Shown piece after piece: positions 10,601 to 18,339 of a stretch of 64,000 nucleotides of DNA. The stretch is from IMG/VR virus record IMGVR_UViG_2802428982_000005, positions 19,927 to 83,926 of that record, one strand, 5' to 3'. Each line of letters opens with the position of its first letter. Within the stretch, counting starts at the first letter, position 1. The notes below the pieces were generated by a model, which had not been told where the DNA came from, searched no databases, and saw only the letters and a program-made list of their open reading frames with translations. The stretch comes from a virus (Duplodnaviria > Heunggongvirae > Uroviricota > Caudoviricetes). The position numbers were made by a program, and so were the translations under genes.

Positions 10601-12382
10601 GAGGATGTCGGCTACAAGTTTCAGCGGCGGCTCCAACGCCTGCATGGCGAAACCTAGTGCACGCCAGCCTGCTACGGCAGTTGCTCCGGCGCCCATTGCG
10701 ATGGCCTTGGACGCAGCAGCGAGAGAGGGTGCCAGGTCCTTGGCAGCGCTGGAAATGTCGCGCCAGCCCTGCCGGATCTGGTCGACCGCGGTACCGCTGC
10801 CTCCACCGCCGGTCCTGAGGTCACGCATCGCGTCGGCCGCCTTGTCCAGCCAGCCGGTCATCCCCCGACCGGCTGACTGCAAGGACGGCGAAACAAGATC
10901 GTAAAGAGCAAGTTTCGCGCTCTCGGCGGTGTTCTTTAGCCCTTCGACCACCCCTGGTAGGCCCTGCATCTGGGCGGCGGCCATCTCGCTGGCACCACCG
11001 GCGCGGCCGACGGCCCGGAACATCTCGTCGAACATCTGGACGCCGCCACCCGCTGCGACCATGGCCGCACGCATGGCGTCGGAGCCGAATAGGATGTTGG
11101 TGTCGGCCTGGAACTCCTCTTCGGTCATCCTCTTTGACGCTGCGGCAACCTGTTCCAGCATGGAGCGGTAGCCGACGAACTTGCCGGTGGTGTCGTACAG
11201 GGTCAGGCCCAGGCTTTCGATGGCGCCCTGTGCGGGGTTGCCCTGGTCAGTGATGGCCTGGAGCGAGGTCTTGATGAGGGTGCCTGCATCGGAGCCGCGG
11301 ATACCGGCGTTGGCCAGAAGTCCGAGGGCAGTGATGGTGTCCTGGGCGGTCAGGCCGAAGCCGTGGGCGACGGCACCGGCCTGCTGGAGGCCGAGGGCGA
11401 AGTCGCTGATGTCGCCGGTGGATGCGTTGGCGACGTTCGCCAACATGTCGGCCATATTGGCCGCCTGGTTGGCGTCCATTCCGAAGGCGTGGAGGGCGTT
11501 GGCCTGAATCTTGGCCGCCTCTGCTGCGGATACCTGTGCAGCGGTGGCCAATTGCAGGGTGCCGCGGGCCGCTGACATGGACTGGTCGACGTCGAATCCG
11601 CCCTTGGCGAGTTCGGTCATCGCCTGGGCTGCGTCGGAGGCCGATACCCCGGCGAGCTGGGTGTCGGCGCCCAGCTCGCGGGCGCGCCGCGATACGGCGG
11701 CCATCTGTTCAGGTAGGGCGCGGGTGACGCCCTGCATGGTGTTGAGCGCCGAGTCGAACGAAAGTCCCGTGTCTACAACACTTTTGACGGCGGCAATGAA
11801 CCCTCCACCTGCGGCCAGTGCGGCACCGGCGTTGAGGGCGCGCTGGAATCCCTGCGCGAAGCGAGCGCCGGAGTCCGACCCATACGCCTCGGCCCGCATA
11901 ATCAGCCCGGCACCGAACGGCATCTTGACCTGACCGGACGCCTGTGACTGCGCCTTCTGCGCACGCTCCAGGTCCCGGGTGGCGCGGGTCAGATTCTGTG
12001 TCGACAGCTCCTGCGCGCGCCGCGCCCGCGCCACTCCTTCCTCAGCGGCGGCCCGCTGAGTGGCTGTGGCCCTAGCCTTCTCGTTGAGTTCGTTGAGTCG
12101 TGTCTGTGCGACGGAGAGGCGGCCGGTGGCGTCCGCGTCTGCCTTCTTCGCAGTCGCGAGTGCCTTCTCCGCACGTTCGACCTGGCGGAGTGCGTCGACT
12201 GCCGACTTGCCGCTGGCGGCAAGGTTGCGGGCCATGTCGGCGCCCATGGTGCGGGTGGCACGCCCGAAGCGGCGTTCCGCGTCGCGGCCGATGCGTTCGA
12301 CGCCCGCGGCGAGGCCGGACGCCTCGGGCATGAGTGGCACCCATACTTGCGCCAGTTCAACGGCGGCGACTGCTGGACTCAA
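7673..12382 (-). CDS. tail tape measure protein (1569 aa)
   Basis: Longest ORF in the element; coiled-coil Ala/Gln-rich N-terminus; embedded Cys-containing peptidase-like motif PYVRGGHSPSGTDCSGAASVLVNAAVG; Gly-rich GGGYSMYGSGSGGGGAGGYGGGGSGGGG; sits immediately after the G/G-T chaperones. Confidence 0.9.
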   Translation of the reverse strand: MSPAVAAVELAQVWVPLMPEASGLAAGVERIGRDAERRFGRATRTMGADMARNLAASGKSAVDALRQVERAEKALATAKKADADATGRLSVAQTRLNELNEKARATATQRAAAEEGVARARRAQELSTQNLTRATRDLERAQKAQSQASGQVKMPFGAGLIMRAEAYGSDSGARFAQGFQRALNAGAALAAGGGFIAAVKSVVDTGLSFDSALNTMQGVTRALPEQMAAVSRRARELGADTQLAGVSASDAAQAMTELAKGGFDVDQSMSAARGTLQLATAAQVSAAEAAKIQANALHAFGMDANQAANMADMLANVANASTGDISDFALGLQQAGAVAHGFGLTAQDTITALGLLANAGIRGSDAGTLIKTSLQAITDQGNPAQGAIESLGLTLYDTTGKFVGYRSMLEQVAAASKRMTEEEFQADTNILFGSDAMRAAMVAAGGGVQMFDEMFRAVGRAGGASEMAAAQMQGLPGVVEGLKNTAESAKLALYDLVSPSLQSAGRGMTGWLDKAADAMRDLRTGGGGSGTAVDQIRQGWRDISSAAKDLAPSLAAASKAIAMGAGATAVAGWRALGFAMQALEPPLKLVADILGNNQWLTTGLVAVLTALYLKSKLTGPALQVAAKATQAWGTAFAGWRTPAAQAQQAIENATRAAGESTRAQRGWVTQMRDSYNQAADRSLFFSRTAGTAGAAMTGMKLAGSGVLSMLGGPWGVAAAGVGIAMGMIADAHQKAAQKAQEQKQAEEELRATLDQDTGRVTDETRRKAAERFGKEDPYKTTDIGRAKGLGIDPNMLVDAATGTGNAQAYDIIKKLALDKGVREGLDKVSITGSGGTKLDWKVIQQQYQAMGVSSDELYNALLKEGNGWDTVNEKIAKYRTANPGDQNLVGLQQIIDAMPDANESLITLTQNVNEQRRETDKGAQSLRDRAEAQYGLWKATEEGTARFKELGAAIVSVPNNKSIDLKVDPAKYDETKKKLEELGYTVTQLPGGIVKVTAATDEAQKRFNDLVYKVNNTTATLPIDLKLANSLGAILPPGLQGVFSAATLAGQVPGRASGGHVDSRGVISGPGTGTSDSILARVIGGGAGGFIKVSNRESINTAQSTRDNMPLINAMNRGWVPSANFLRILTGIPGYAGGGPISIEDAANDMAGAPYVRGGHSPSGTDCSGAASVLVNAAVGQPLYGERMATGNAADWLAARGAIMGRGPAGTLRVGWKNGGPGGGHMAVTLPDGRNAESGGSVGKFTVGAGAAGADDPQFTNQAYIPVNAMYPDGWPSGAAGGGYSMYGSGSGGGGAGGYGGGGSGGGGASPAQRRQLRDAEQKVQDKQFDIEQAQRKLDELQSKKNVKPSEQAAAEERLSRAQREHKDALDDLATKQEQVNDADARGRGGRNGQQPGSGPDGKSFAKDMMSGAMEMLGLDGSIFSNPMEWGIFKLFTGGANAIGGMLKNAFGGPQQQQQNPLGTQALRNNRHGPGGAPGPGNGGLGEFDFGDGGMGVVGDALQAALPQVGDFLPNSQNPGGNNYTTNQNSNNSNATGAAFYGPVTINDPGGLVKPPDRMNTRMTGLPRP

Positions 12383-13211
12383 CCGGTTACTCCTTTCTTC
12401 ATTCCGATGACGCGACCGGGCGACTCGCCCAGCGCGTAGTTGGCAGCGCGTAGCCGCTCGAATTCCTCAAGCGGCATCTCGTCGCAGGCGAGTAGCCCTG
12501 GCGGTGGTGGTCCCACCGGCCGCTCAGGCTGCGGCACAGGGGTGTTCGGGTCTACGCCCTCACGGGCAATGCGCTGGGGCATGGTGACCAGGCCCGCGTG
12601 CTGCTCCATCTGGGCAGCTAGCAGGTGAGACTCCCGGGTCCACCCGCCGTGGATGGCGTGGTAGACCGCGGTGCCGGGGGGTGCGGCCAGCACAATGGAC
12701 CCGAGCTTGGCAACAGGCAGCCGCCGGTCGTCGAAATCGGAGTCCTTGTCTAGCGATATCAGGTCGCGCTCGACCGCGTGCCAGTGCTGGCCGATGGCCC
12801 GGGTGAGCGCACCTATTCCCCCGCGGTCAGTTTCGAGTCGGCGAACCAGGCGTCGAAGACAGCCTTGTACTCGTCATCGTCGAGGCCGACGACGCGGAGC
12901 TGGATTTCCTTGGGCACTCCTGCCCAGTCCATCCACTCGAACGCCTGGAAGGTCTCGTCCAGTTGGTATAGCGCCCACCAGAATTGGCGGGTAGGTGGCG
13001 TGATCTCCGAGTACTTCGGAAACTGGACGACATACCCGCTGCTGGTCGTGAATTCGAACAGGGCCGTTCCGTCGGGGTACGGAGAAGGTGCCCCCGCCGG
13101 AGCGGGGGCCTCCTTCGTCTCGTCCACCGGTGCGTCGGCTGCCGCTGGTGCGGTTGCCTTCTTCGCACCCGGCTTGCGGGGCGATGCCTTGCGCGCGGTG
13201 GTGGTGCTCAA
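12379..13211 (-). CDS. tail assembly chaperone G-T fusion via programmed -1 frameshift
   Basis: The downstream ORF (frame 0) is open upstream past the G stop TAG 12815..12813; G-run GCGGGGGAA at 12824..12816 just before the stop; frame change 2->0 on the minus strand equals -1. Confidence 0.6.
12813..13211 (-). CDS. tail assembly chaperone (G-like, 132 aa; TTG start)
   Basis: Between major tail subunit and tape measure; TTG 13211..13209 overlaps the major tail stop (TTGA); no internal ATG until late in the ORF. Confidence 0.65.
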   Translation of the reverse strand: MSTTTARKASPRKPGAKKATAPAAADAPVDETKEAPAPAGAPSPYPDGTALFEFTTSSGYVVQFPKYSEITPPTRQFWWALYQLDETFQAFEWMDWAGVPKEIQLRVVGLDDDEYKAVFDAWFADSKLTAGE

Positions 13212-13789
13212 ATCGTCACCACGCCGTCGTTCCAGTACTGGTAGCCGTGGTTACCCTCGGCGTCGGGGAACGGCTTGAGCGTGCACTCGTAGGCCGCCAG
13301 CTCGGAGTGCGTCCACTTGATGGGCGCGACGGCGGTGATACGACCGATCGGGATGACCAGGCGCATGGAGATCAGGTTGTAGAAGCCGTCGAAAATCCAT
13401 GCGCCCGTGTCCAGGAGCTTGGCGTTCAGTTCGGCCTTGATCTCCGTGCCGGACGTGGTGCTGGCGGGGGTGACGGTGACGTTGGATGCACCGTGCACGG
13501 CCTTCTGCACGTCGGCGTTCATGACCTGGAGCAGCTTGAACTTGATTTCCAGGCCGTACTTTTCCTGGAGCACCGCGACTAGGTCGCCACCCCAGTTGTA
13601 CTCTTCCTGGTTCGACCGGTCCTCTGTGCGTTCCAGGCCGTCCTTACCGACGTGGCCAAGGTTGTTGAAGGCCACGGCGGGGGCGCCGACAGCGGTAGTC
13701 GGCAGGGTCGTGCCGACCGGTGCACGCAGGACGCCGCCGGTGACCCGCGGGGACGGGGCGGCCAGCTCCAGCACATTGTTGAGAGCCAT
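13208..13789 (-). CDS. major tail subunit (193 aa)
   Basis: Position between connectors and chaperones; typical size; no enzymatic motifs. Confidence 0.65.
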   Translation of the reverse strand: MALNNVLELAAPSPRVTGGVLRAPVGTTLPTTAVGAPAVAFNNLGHVGKDGLERTEDRSNQEEYNWGGDLVAVLQEKYGLEIKFKLLQVMNADVQKAVHGASNVTVTPASTTSGTEIKAELNAKLLDTGAWIFDGFYNLISMRLVIPIGRITAVAPIKWTHSELAAYECTLKPFPDAEGNHGYQYWNDGVVTI

Positions 13790-13865
13790 GCGGGGCTTTC
13801 CTCTCGTGATATGCGAAAGGCCGCCCCGGACGGGACGGCCTGATCTCCCGCGCGGGGGCGGTGAG

Positions 13866-14303
13866 TTATGGGGTGATGGGTGAGCCGATGGGCTGGCCCT
13901 GGACGCGCCAGGTGACCATCGACCGGTACCGGGGTGTCGCCACGTTCGGGTCCTTCGACTCGTGCGTCAGGCTCGTGGCGCGCGCCCAGACGACGTACCA
14001 GGTATCGATGGTGAGGCCGGTCGCGGCGTCCATGAGTGCTGTCGCGGTCCGCGAAATAGTCGACGCTTCAACCTCATCGGGGTGATAGCCGAACAGGATG
14101 AGATCGAGGTCCCATTCGAGGAGGTTGGCTCGGGAGCCGCCGCCGAACTCGACTCGCAGGAATCCGTCGGGCAGCGTGGTGTCGGCGCGGGTAGGCGGCA
14201 GTTTGGAGCCAACTGGAACCGTCAGGGCGGGTTGGGGTGTCAGGTACGTGACGGCAAGGGCCACCATGTCGGCGGGCAGCATGGCCGGATACAGGGCGGG
14301 CAT
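13866..14303 (-). CDS. head-tail connector / tail terminator-like protein (145 aa)
   Basis: Synteny: last of a run of small genes between capsid and major tail. Confidence 0.5.
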   Translation of the reverse strand: MPALYPAMLPADMVALAVTYLTPQPALTVPVGSKLPPTRADTTLPDGFLRVEFGGGSRANLLEWDLDLILFGYHPDEVEASTISRTATALMDAATGLTIDTWYVVWARATSLTHESKDPNVATPRYRSMVTWRVQGQPIGSPITP

Positions 14304-14551
14304 CAGCGGCCCCGTAATCCAGCGATCAGTTTGAGGAGCCGCGAGTTGGCGGCGTCGTCGCGGCGGGCTGCATAGGATGCGGCGACGATGAAGATACGTG
14401 GACGCTGCGTGTTTGGATCACGTTGCACGACAATCACGTAGCCGTCCGGCAGGCCCTCGGCCGCCTGGCGCGCGATCTGTTCGACGTACTCCCCGTATGC
14501 GTGTCGGATCTTGCGGAACCCTGCCATGTTGTACTTGATGCGTACGGCCAC
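14303..14551 (-). CDS. head-tail connector protein (start ambiguous: GTG 14551 or ORF-track 14608)
   Basis: GTG 14551..14549 overlaps the upstream stop TAG 14553..14551; synteny. Confidence 0.45.
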   Translation of the reverse strand: MAVRIKYNMAGFRKIRHAYGEYVEQIARQAAEGLPDGYVIVVQRDPNTQRPRIFIVAASYAARRDDAANSRLLKLIAGLRGR

Positions 14552-14928
14552 TAGCCGACCCGCTTGAGAGAAATTTCCCCGCCGAACATCCGCGAGTACT
14601 TCCGCCATGGCCCGTTGCGCCAGTCACCGTCAGCGCCCATACCGACGACATCGAAGCGGGCGCCGTGGATGTCGACCTGGTCCTGGGTTTTGTAGACGGT
14701 TGGGTCCTTCACCAGCATCGTCAACTCGGCGATGTGCCGGGCCACGTACTCCGGTGCTACCGGCTCGACTCTGTCGGCGGCGCGTTCACCGCGGGGGTAG
14801 AACGCCATTGCCCGCCGGGTTGTCGGGGTCTGCGCCACGCCACCAATGGTGTTGCCGTGCGCGTTCTTCCCTGTTGTCGCGCTGTACGGGTAGTGCGCGA
14901 TGTCGTAGGGCTCGGGGATGATGCTCAC
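14551..14928 (-). CDS. head-tail connector / head closure protein (125 aa, GTG start)
   Basis: GTG 14928..14926 overlaps the upstream stop TGA 14927..14925; only the C-terminal 125 aa of the 290-aa ORF-track entry are protein-like (VSIIPEPYDIAHYPYS...GEISLKRVG). Confidence 0.5.
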   Translation of the reverse strand: MSIIPEPYDIAHYPYSATTGKNAHGNTIGGVAQTPTTRRAMAFYPRGERAADRVEPVAPEYVARHIAELTMLVKDPTVYKTQDQVDIHGARFDVVGMGADGDWRNGPWRKYSRMFGGEISLKRVG

Positions 14929-15479
14929 GCGATGGCCTGGATGCGGTAGTCCGCCAGCCGGGAGCGGTGGTCGTTGTTGAGCGACAGGCCCGCAGTGCCC
15001 TTGAATTTGATGCGGAACGGGCCGCCGGTGGCCTCGGTGGCTACCGAGGACGGCAGCTCGATGCCGCTGGACGCCAGCTCCAGGATCACCGCCTTCACGG
15101 CCAGCGGTACCTCCGGGTAGCCGTGGGTGAAAGTGACCTCGGCGTAGCGGGGGGACGGCAGTCCGAACACTGGCCAGTACCGGCCGCGCGGCCAGGTGGT
15201 GCGGGTTCGGGTGATGAATCCCGCTTCGTCCCAGTCGTATTCGTCTGGTTCGAGCACCTGGCCGTCGACCTTCACGGACTCGACATCGGTGACATGAAGG
15301 GAGTGCAGCATGATGATGCCGCGCTCCCCTATCTCGCATCGCCGGTCGACCTCGCGCCGCGACGGTGCGATGTGCCAGTCGCAGTAGTCCCGCACCGCCG
15401 ATTCGGCGGTGTCTAGGAACCACTGCGGGTCACCGGCCTCGAACTTGCCGAGGTCAGTTGTCGTTACCAGGTCCGCCAT
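14925..15479 (-). CDS. head-tail adaptor (gp6-like connector), 184 aa
   Basis: ATG 15479..15477 (MADLVTTTDLGKFEAGDPQWFLDTAESAVRDYC...); upstream 61 aa of the ORF-track entry is Pro/Arg-rich run-in. Confidence 0.55.
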   Translation of the reverse strand: MADLVTTTDLGKFEAGDPQWFLDTAESAVRDYCDWHIAPSRREVDRRCEIGERGIIMLHSLHVTDVESVKVDGQVLEPDEYDWDEAGFITRTRTTWPRGRYWPVFGLPSPRYAEVTFTHGYPEVPLAVKAVILELASSGIELPSSVATEATGGPFRIKFKGTAGLSLNNDHRSRLADYRIQAIA

Positions 15480-15792
15480 GAGCGGCCTTGGTCTCCTCGG
15501 TCTTCGCCTGTGCCGGTGCGGGTTCCGCCTTGGCGGGGGTTTTGGCCGGAGCAGCCTTGGCGGGCTTGGCGGAGGCGTTCTCGGATGCGGGCGGGGTTGC
15601 CTTCTCCGGCGCCGCGACGGCGGCCTTGTTCTCGACCGGCGGGGCGGGCTCGACCGGGTCAATGTCTGCGCGCCACTCGGCGAGCTTCGCGTCGATGGCG
15701 GAGGTGTCTTCGCCGAGGGACGCCAGCAGCTCGCGCTTGGTCTCCAGTGCGGCGACGGTGTCGGCGACGGCGTCGCGCTTCTTTAGTGCCAT
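15454..15792 (-). CDS. small Ala/Pro/Lys-rich coiled-coil protein downstream of the capsid gene (112 aa)
   Basis: Low-complexity AKPAKAAPAKTPAKAEPAPAQAK; position after the major capsid gene (decoration/scaffold-like location). Confidence 0.4.
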   Translation of the reverse strand: MALKKRDAVADTVAALETKRELLASLGEDTSAIDAKLAEWRADIDPVEPAPPVENKAAVAAPEKATPPASENASAKPAKAAPAKTPAKAEPAPAQAKTEETKAAHGGPGNDN

Positions 15793-15880
15793 GGGATTTC
15801 AGCTCCTCTGTTGTCGTGTCGTGGTGCTGGGCGCACCCACCGCCCCGGGGTTACGGGGCGGTGGGTGGCCTAGCGGTGGG

Positions 15881-17260
15881 TCAGAAAGCGGGCGGGGTCA
15901 GTCCGCCGATCTCGACCACGGACTGCGGGTAGCGCCCGGCGGTGAAGGCCAGGTAGCCGTACACCTGGAGGCACACCGTCAGGTTCTTCGCGCCCGGCTC
16001 CGGCAGGGTGCGGGTACGGATACCCGACTCGAACAGCAGCAGGTCCGAGGAGCGCTGCACGTAGACAACGTCCTCGTTGGTGCCGGTGCCGTATGCGGTG
16101 CCGATGTTGGGGTCGGTCACCACGGGCAGGCCCTGGAGCTGGCCGACCACCTGCTGAGACGCAACGGCGTCCAGGGTGGCCACGGCGTTCTGCGGCGCGT
16201 TGGCCGCGGGCAGAACGAGCGGACGCTGATCGCCGTCCAGCGACGCGGTGAGCCAGCCCCAACGGCGGGGGTGCATCACGATGTGCGTCGGGGGCAGGAA
16301 CCGGCTGGTGTGGACCCGCTGGATGGCGTCGGCGATGGCCGCGTAGAACGAGGCCACGGTCAGCGCGGTGATAGCGATGGTGCCGATGCCCGGGGTGCCG
16401 TGAACACCCAGTACCTGGCCGCTGCTGCCGGAACCTCCGAGGACCTGGAGGTCCAGTTTGGTGCCGAAGTCCGCGATCAGATCCTGGAAGACGACCTCGT
16501 CGAAGTTGACGGGCGACTGGTCCAGGAGCTGGATGGCGACGTCCTGCTGACCGGCGACGGTCCGCACCTTGGCCTCGATGAAGTTGTCGTCGAGGTCCTG
16601 CTCGGTGACGGCCGCGTTGTCGGCGGTCTGGACAGCAGTAGCGGTCCCCGCAGTGACCTTGGGGATGTTGATGCTGTCGGTGCCGGACGGCAGCGGCTGC
16701 GCGGTGACCAGGTTGGCGTAGGCGCGGCCAGCGCGCGCCAGGGGCACGTACTGGTTGACCAGCCAGGCCGGGGGCACGAAGTAGCCGCCGTTGCCGTCGG
16801 TGCGGTCCAGGTCGCGGTACTCGGAGTCGTTGGCGACGTCCTGGGCGTGACGCTGGAGCCGTTCCAGGCTCTTGCCGTTGTCGTCCATGTTCCGCTGGAC
16901 CCGCATGAGGTCCTGGAGGTAGGACCGGCCGTTGCCCTTGGCGTAGGCGGCTGCTTCCTTGACCGACTCGACCCGGGACTGTGCGCGACGGACCTTGGCG
17001 GCCTCGTCGTTCAGCTTCCCGGACCGCTCGATTTCGTCGGACAGCTCCTGGATGCGCTCGTTGTAGCCCGCGATCTCGCCCTGCTTGGCCTTGATCTCGG
17101 CGGACTTGGCGCGGAATTCGACGTCTTCCTCAGGGGTGAGGTCCTGGCGGGCCTCTTCCTTGACGATGTCGGTGATGGCCGTGCGCTTCGCGAGCAGGGT
17201 TTCCAGCTCGGCCTCGGCCTTGGCGCGCAGCTCCATGAGCCGCTTGAGACGCTCCTCCAT
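15881..17260 (-). CDS. major capsid protein with N-terminal scaffolding-like coiled-coil (HK97-type), 459 aa
   Basis: ATG 17260..17258 preceded by GAAAGGAAC SD; MEERLKRLMELRAKAEAELETL coiled coil, then the capsid domain; follows the prohead protease. Confidence 0.8.
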   Translation of the reverse strand: MEERLKRLMELRAKAEAELETLLAKRTAITDIVKEEARQDLTPEEDVEFRAKSAEIKAKQGEIAGYNERIQELSDEIERSGKLNDEAAKVRRAQSRVESVKEAAAYAKGNGRSYLQDLMRVQRNMDDNGKSLERLQRHAQDVANDSEYRDLDRTDGNGGYFVPPAWLVNQYVPLARAGRAYANLVTAQPLPSGTDSINIPKVTAGTATAVQTADNAAVTEQDLDDNFIEAKVRTVAGQQDVAIQLLDQSPVNFDEVVFQDLIADFGTKLDLQVLGGSGSSGQVLGVHGTPGIGTIAITALTVASFYAAIADAIQRVHTSRFLPPTHIVMHPRRWGWLTASLDGDQRPLVLPAANAPQNAVATLDAVASQQVVGQLQGLPVVTDPNIGTAYGTGTNEDVVYVQRSSDLLLFESGIRTRTLPEPGAKNLTVCLQVYGYLAFTAGRYPQSVVEIGGLTPPAF

Positions 17261-17372
17261 GGAGGTTCGTTCCTTTCGTGGATGCCCGTGTGGGCGTTTG
17301 GATTTGCAATGGGGGCGGCCCGAGCGGGGCACCGGCGGCCCCGAGCGGGGGCAGGCCGTTCGACCCGGCGCA

Positions 17373-17402
17373 CGAAAAAGGCCCCCGAGGGTGTCGGGGG
17401 CC
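17373..17402 (-). terminator. intrinsic terminator-like hairpin between prohead protease and capsid genes
   Basis: Minus strand reads GGCCCCCGA-CACCC-UCGGGGGCC followed by UUUUUCGUG (plus ggcccccgagggtgtcgggggcc 17380-17402 with aaaaa 17375-17379). Confidence 0.6.
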
Positions 17403-17454
17403 TTGTGGTTGGTGCGTCGGGTGGAATTTGTGGGGCGCCTACCGGCGCCGGGTG

Positions 17455-18339
17455 TTACTGGTCGACGACTGCAAGCGCGTCGCTGAGGGACAGCACAGAG
17501 CCGTCCTCAGACGCAAAGCCCTGGCGCGCCATGGCTTCTCGTAGCGACATGCCCTTGGGGACGTCGTTCTCGGACCGAGATTGCATGAGCTGGGCTGCGG
17601 CAGCCGCGGCGTCTGCGGCCTGGCGGGCAGTGTCATGGGCTGCCTGTACCGAGGCAACCTTGTCGATGCTGCCCAGGGAGTTCAGGACAGCGCGTGCTCG
17701 GCGGAGAAGTTCCCCGTCAGATCGGATTTCAGCGAGCGCGCCGGGGTCGCAGTCGGCCAGGAACGCGAGGGCCTGATCGACTGACTTGAGTTCGGCGCTG
17801 GTGGTGGGGTTGGCGCCGAAGTTGACCACGGACACATCTCCCTTGTGCAGCGAAACCTCAGTGATGGTGCGCAGGGCGTAGTTGTCCTCCGGGAATTCCT
17901 CGGTGCACTCCCACTTCTGGCCCTTCACGCGGAACGCGAAGGACATCTCGTCCATGTCCTTGCGGCGCATCTTCGGCTCCAGCCGTTGTACGTCGGGGTC
18001 GGACCGGTCGAGCTGAGCTGTGACCTTGAGGCCGTGCCGGTCGACGCTCAGCTGGAGGGTGTCGGACTTGGTGCGCGCAAGCGGCATACCCTCGTGGTTG
18101 ATCAGCAGGTGGAGGTCCGGCTTCTCACGGAGGGTGTTGGTGAAGGCAGCCTTGTCTAGCTGCTCGATCCAGCCGCCAGCGTCGGGGCCGCCGTACATCT
18201 CGTACGGCTCGAACGTCGACGCGTACCCGGTGAGGGTGATGGTGTCGCTGTCCTCGCGGACTTCGAACGAGGATGTCCGGCGGTGCTCCCAGACGTCCTT
18301 GCGGTTGTCGCGGTCGGCGCGAATGGTGTTGGTGGTCAT
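17455..18339 (-). CDS. prohead (maturation) protease, HK97 family (294 aa)
   Basis: ATG 18339..18337 overlaps the portal stop (ATGA); MTTNTIRADRDNRKDVWEHRRTSSFEV...; portal > protease > capsid order. Confidence 0.75.
   Translation of the reverse strand: MTTNTIRADRDNRKDVWEHRRTSSFEVREDSDTITLTGYASTFEPYEMYGGPDAGGWIEQLDKAAFTNTLREKPDLHLLINHEGMPLARTKSDTLQLSVDRHGLKVTAQLDRSDPDVQRLEPKMRRKDMDEMSFAFRVKGQKWECTEEFPEDNYALRTITEVSLHKGDVSVVNFGANPTTSAELKSVDQALAFLADCDPGALAEIRSDGELLRRARAVLNSLGSIDKVASVQAAHDTARQAADAAAAAAQLMQSRSENDVPKGMSLREAMARQGFASEDGSVLSLSDALAVVDQ

Noticed and set aside
14551-15423. N-terminal ~165 aa of the 290-aa ORF 14551..15423
   Set aside because: Arg/Pro/His-rich run-in overlapping the gp6-like adaptor gene. 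Only the C-terminal 125 aa after a GTGA junction looks protein-like.
15488-17776. 762-aa plus-strand ORF antisense to the major capsid gene, and other large plus-strand ORFs (e.g. 2785..3831, 39058..40101)
   Set aside because: Antisense to well-supported minus-strand genes. Gly/Ala/Arg-biased composition with no start context. High-GC shadow ORFs.
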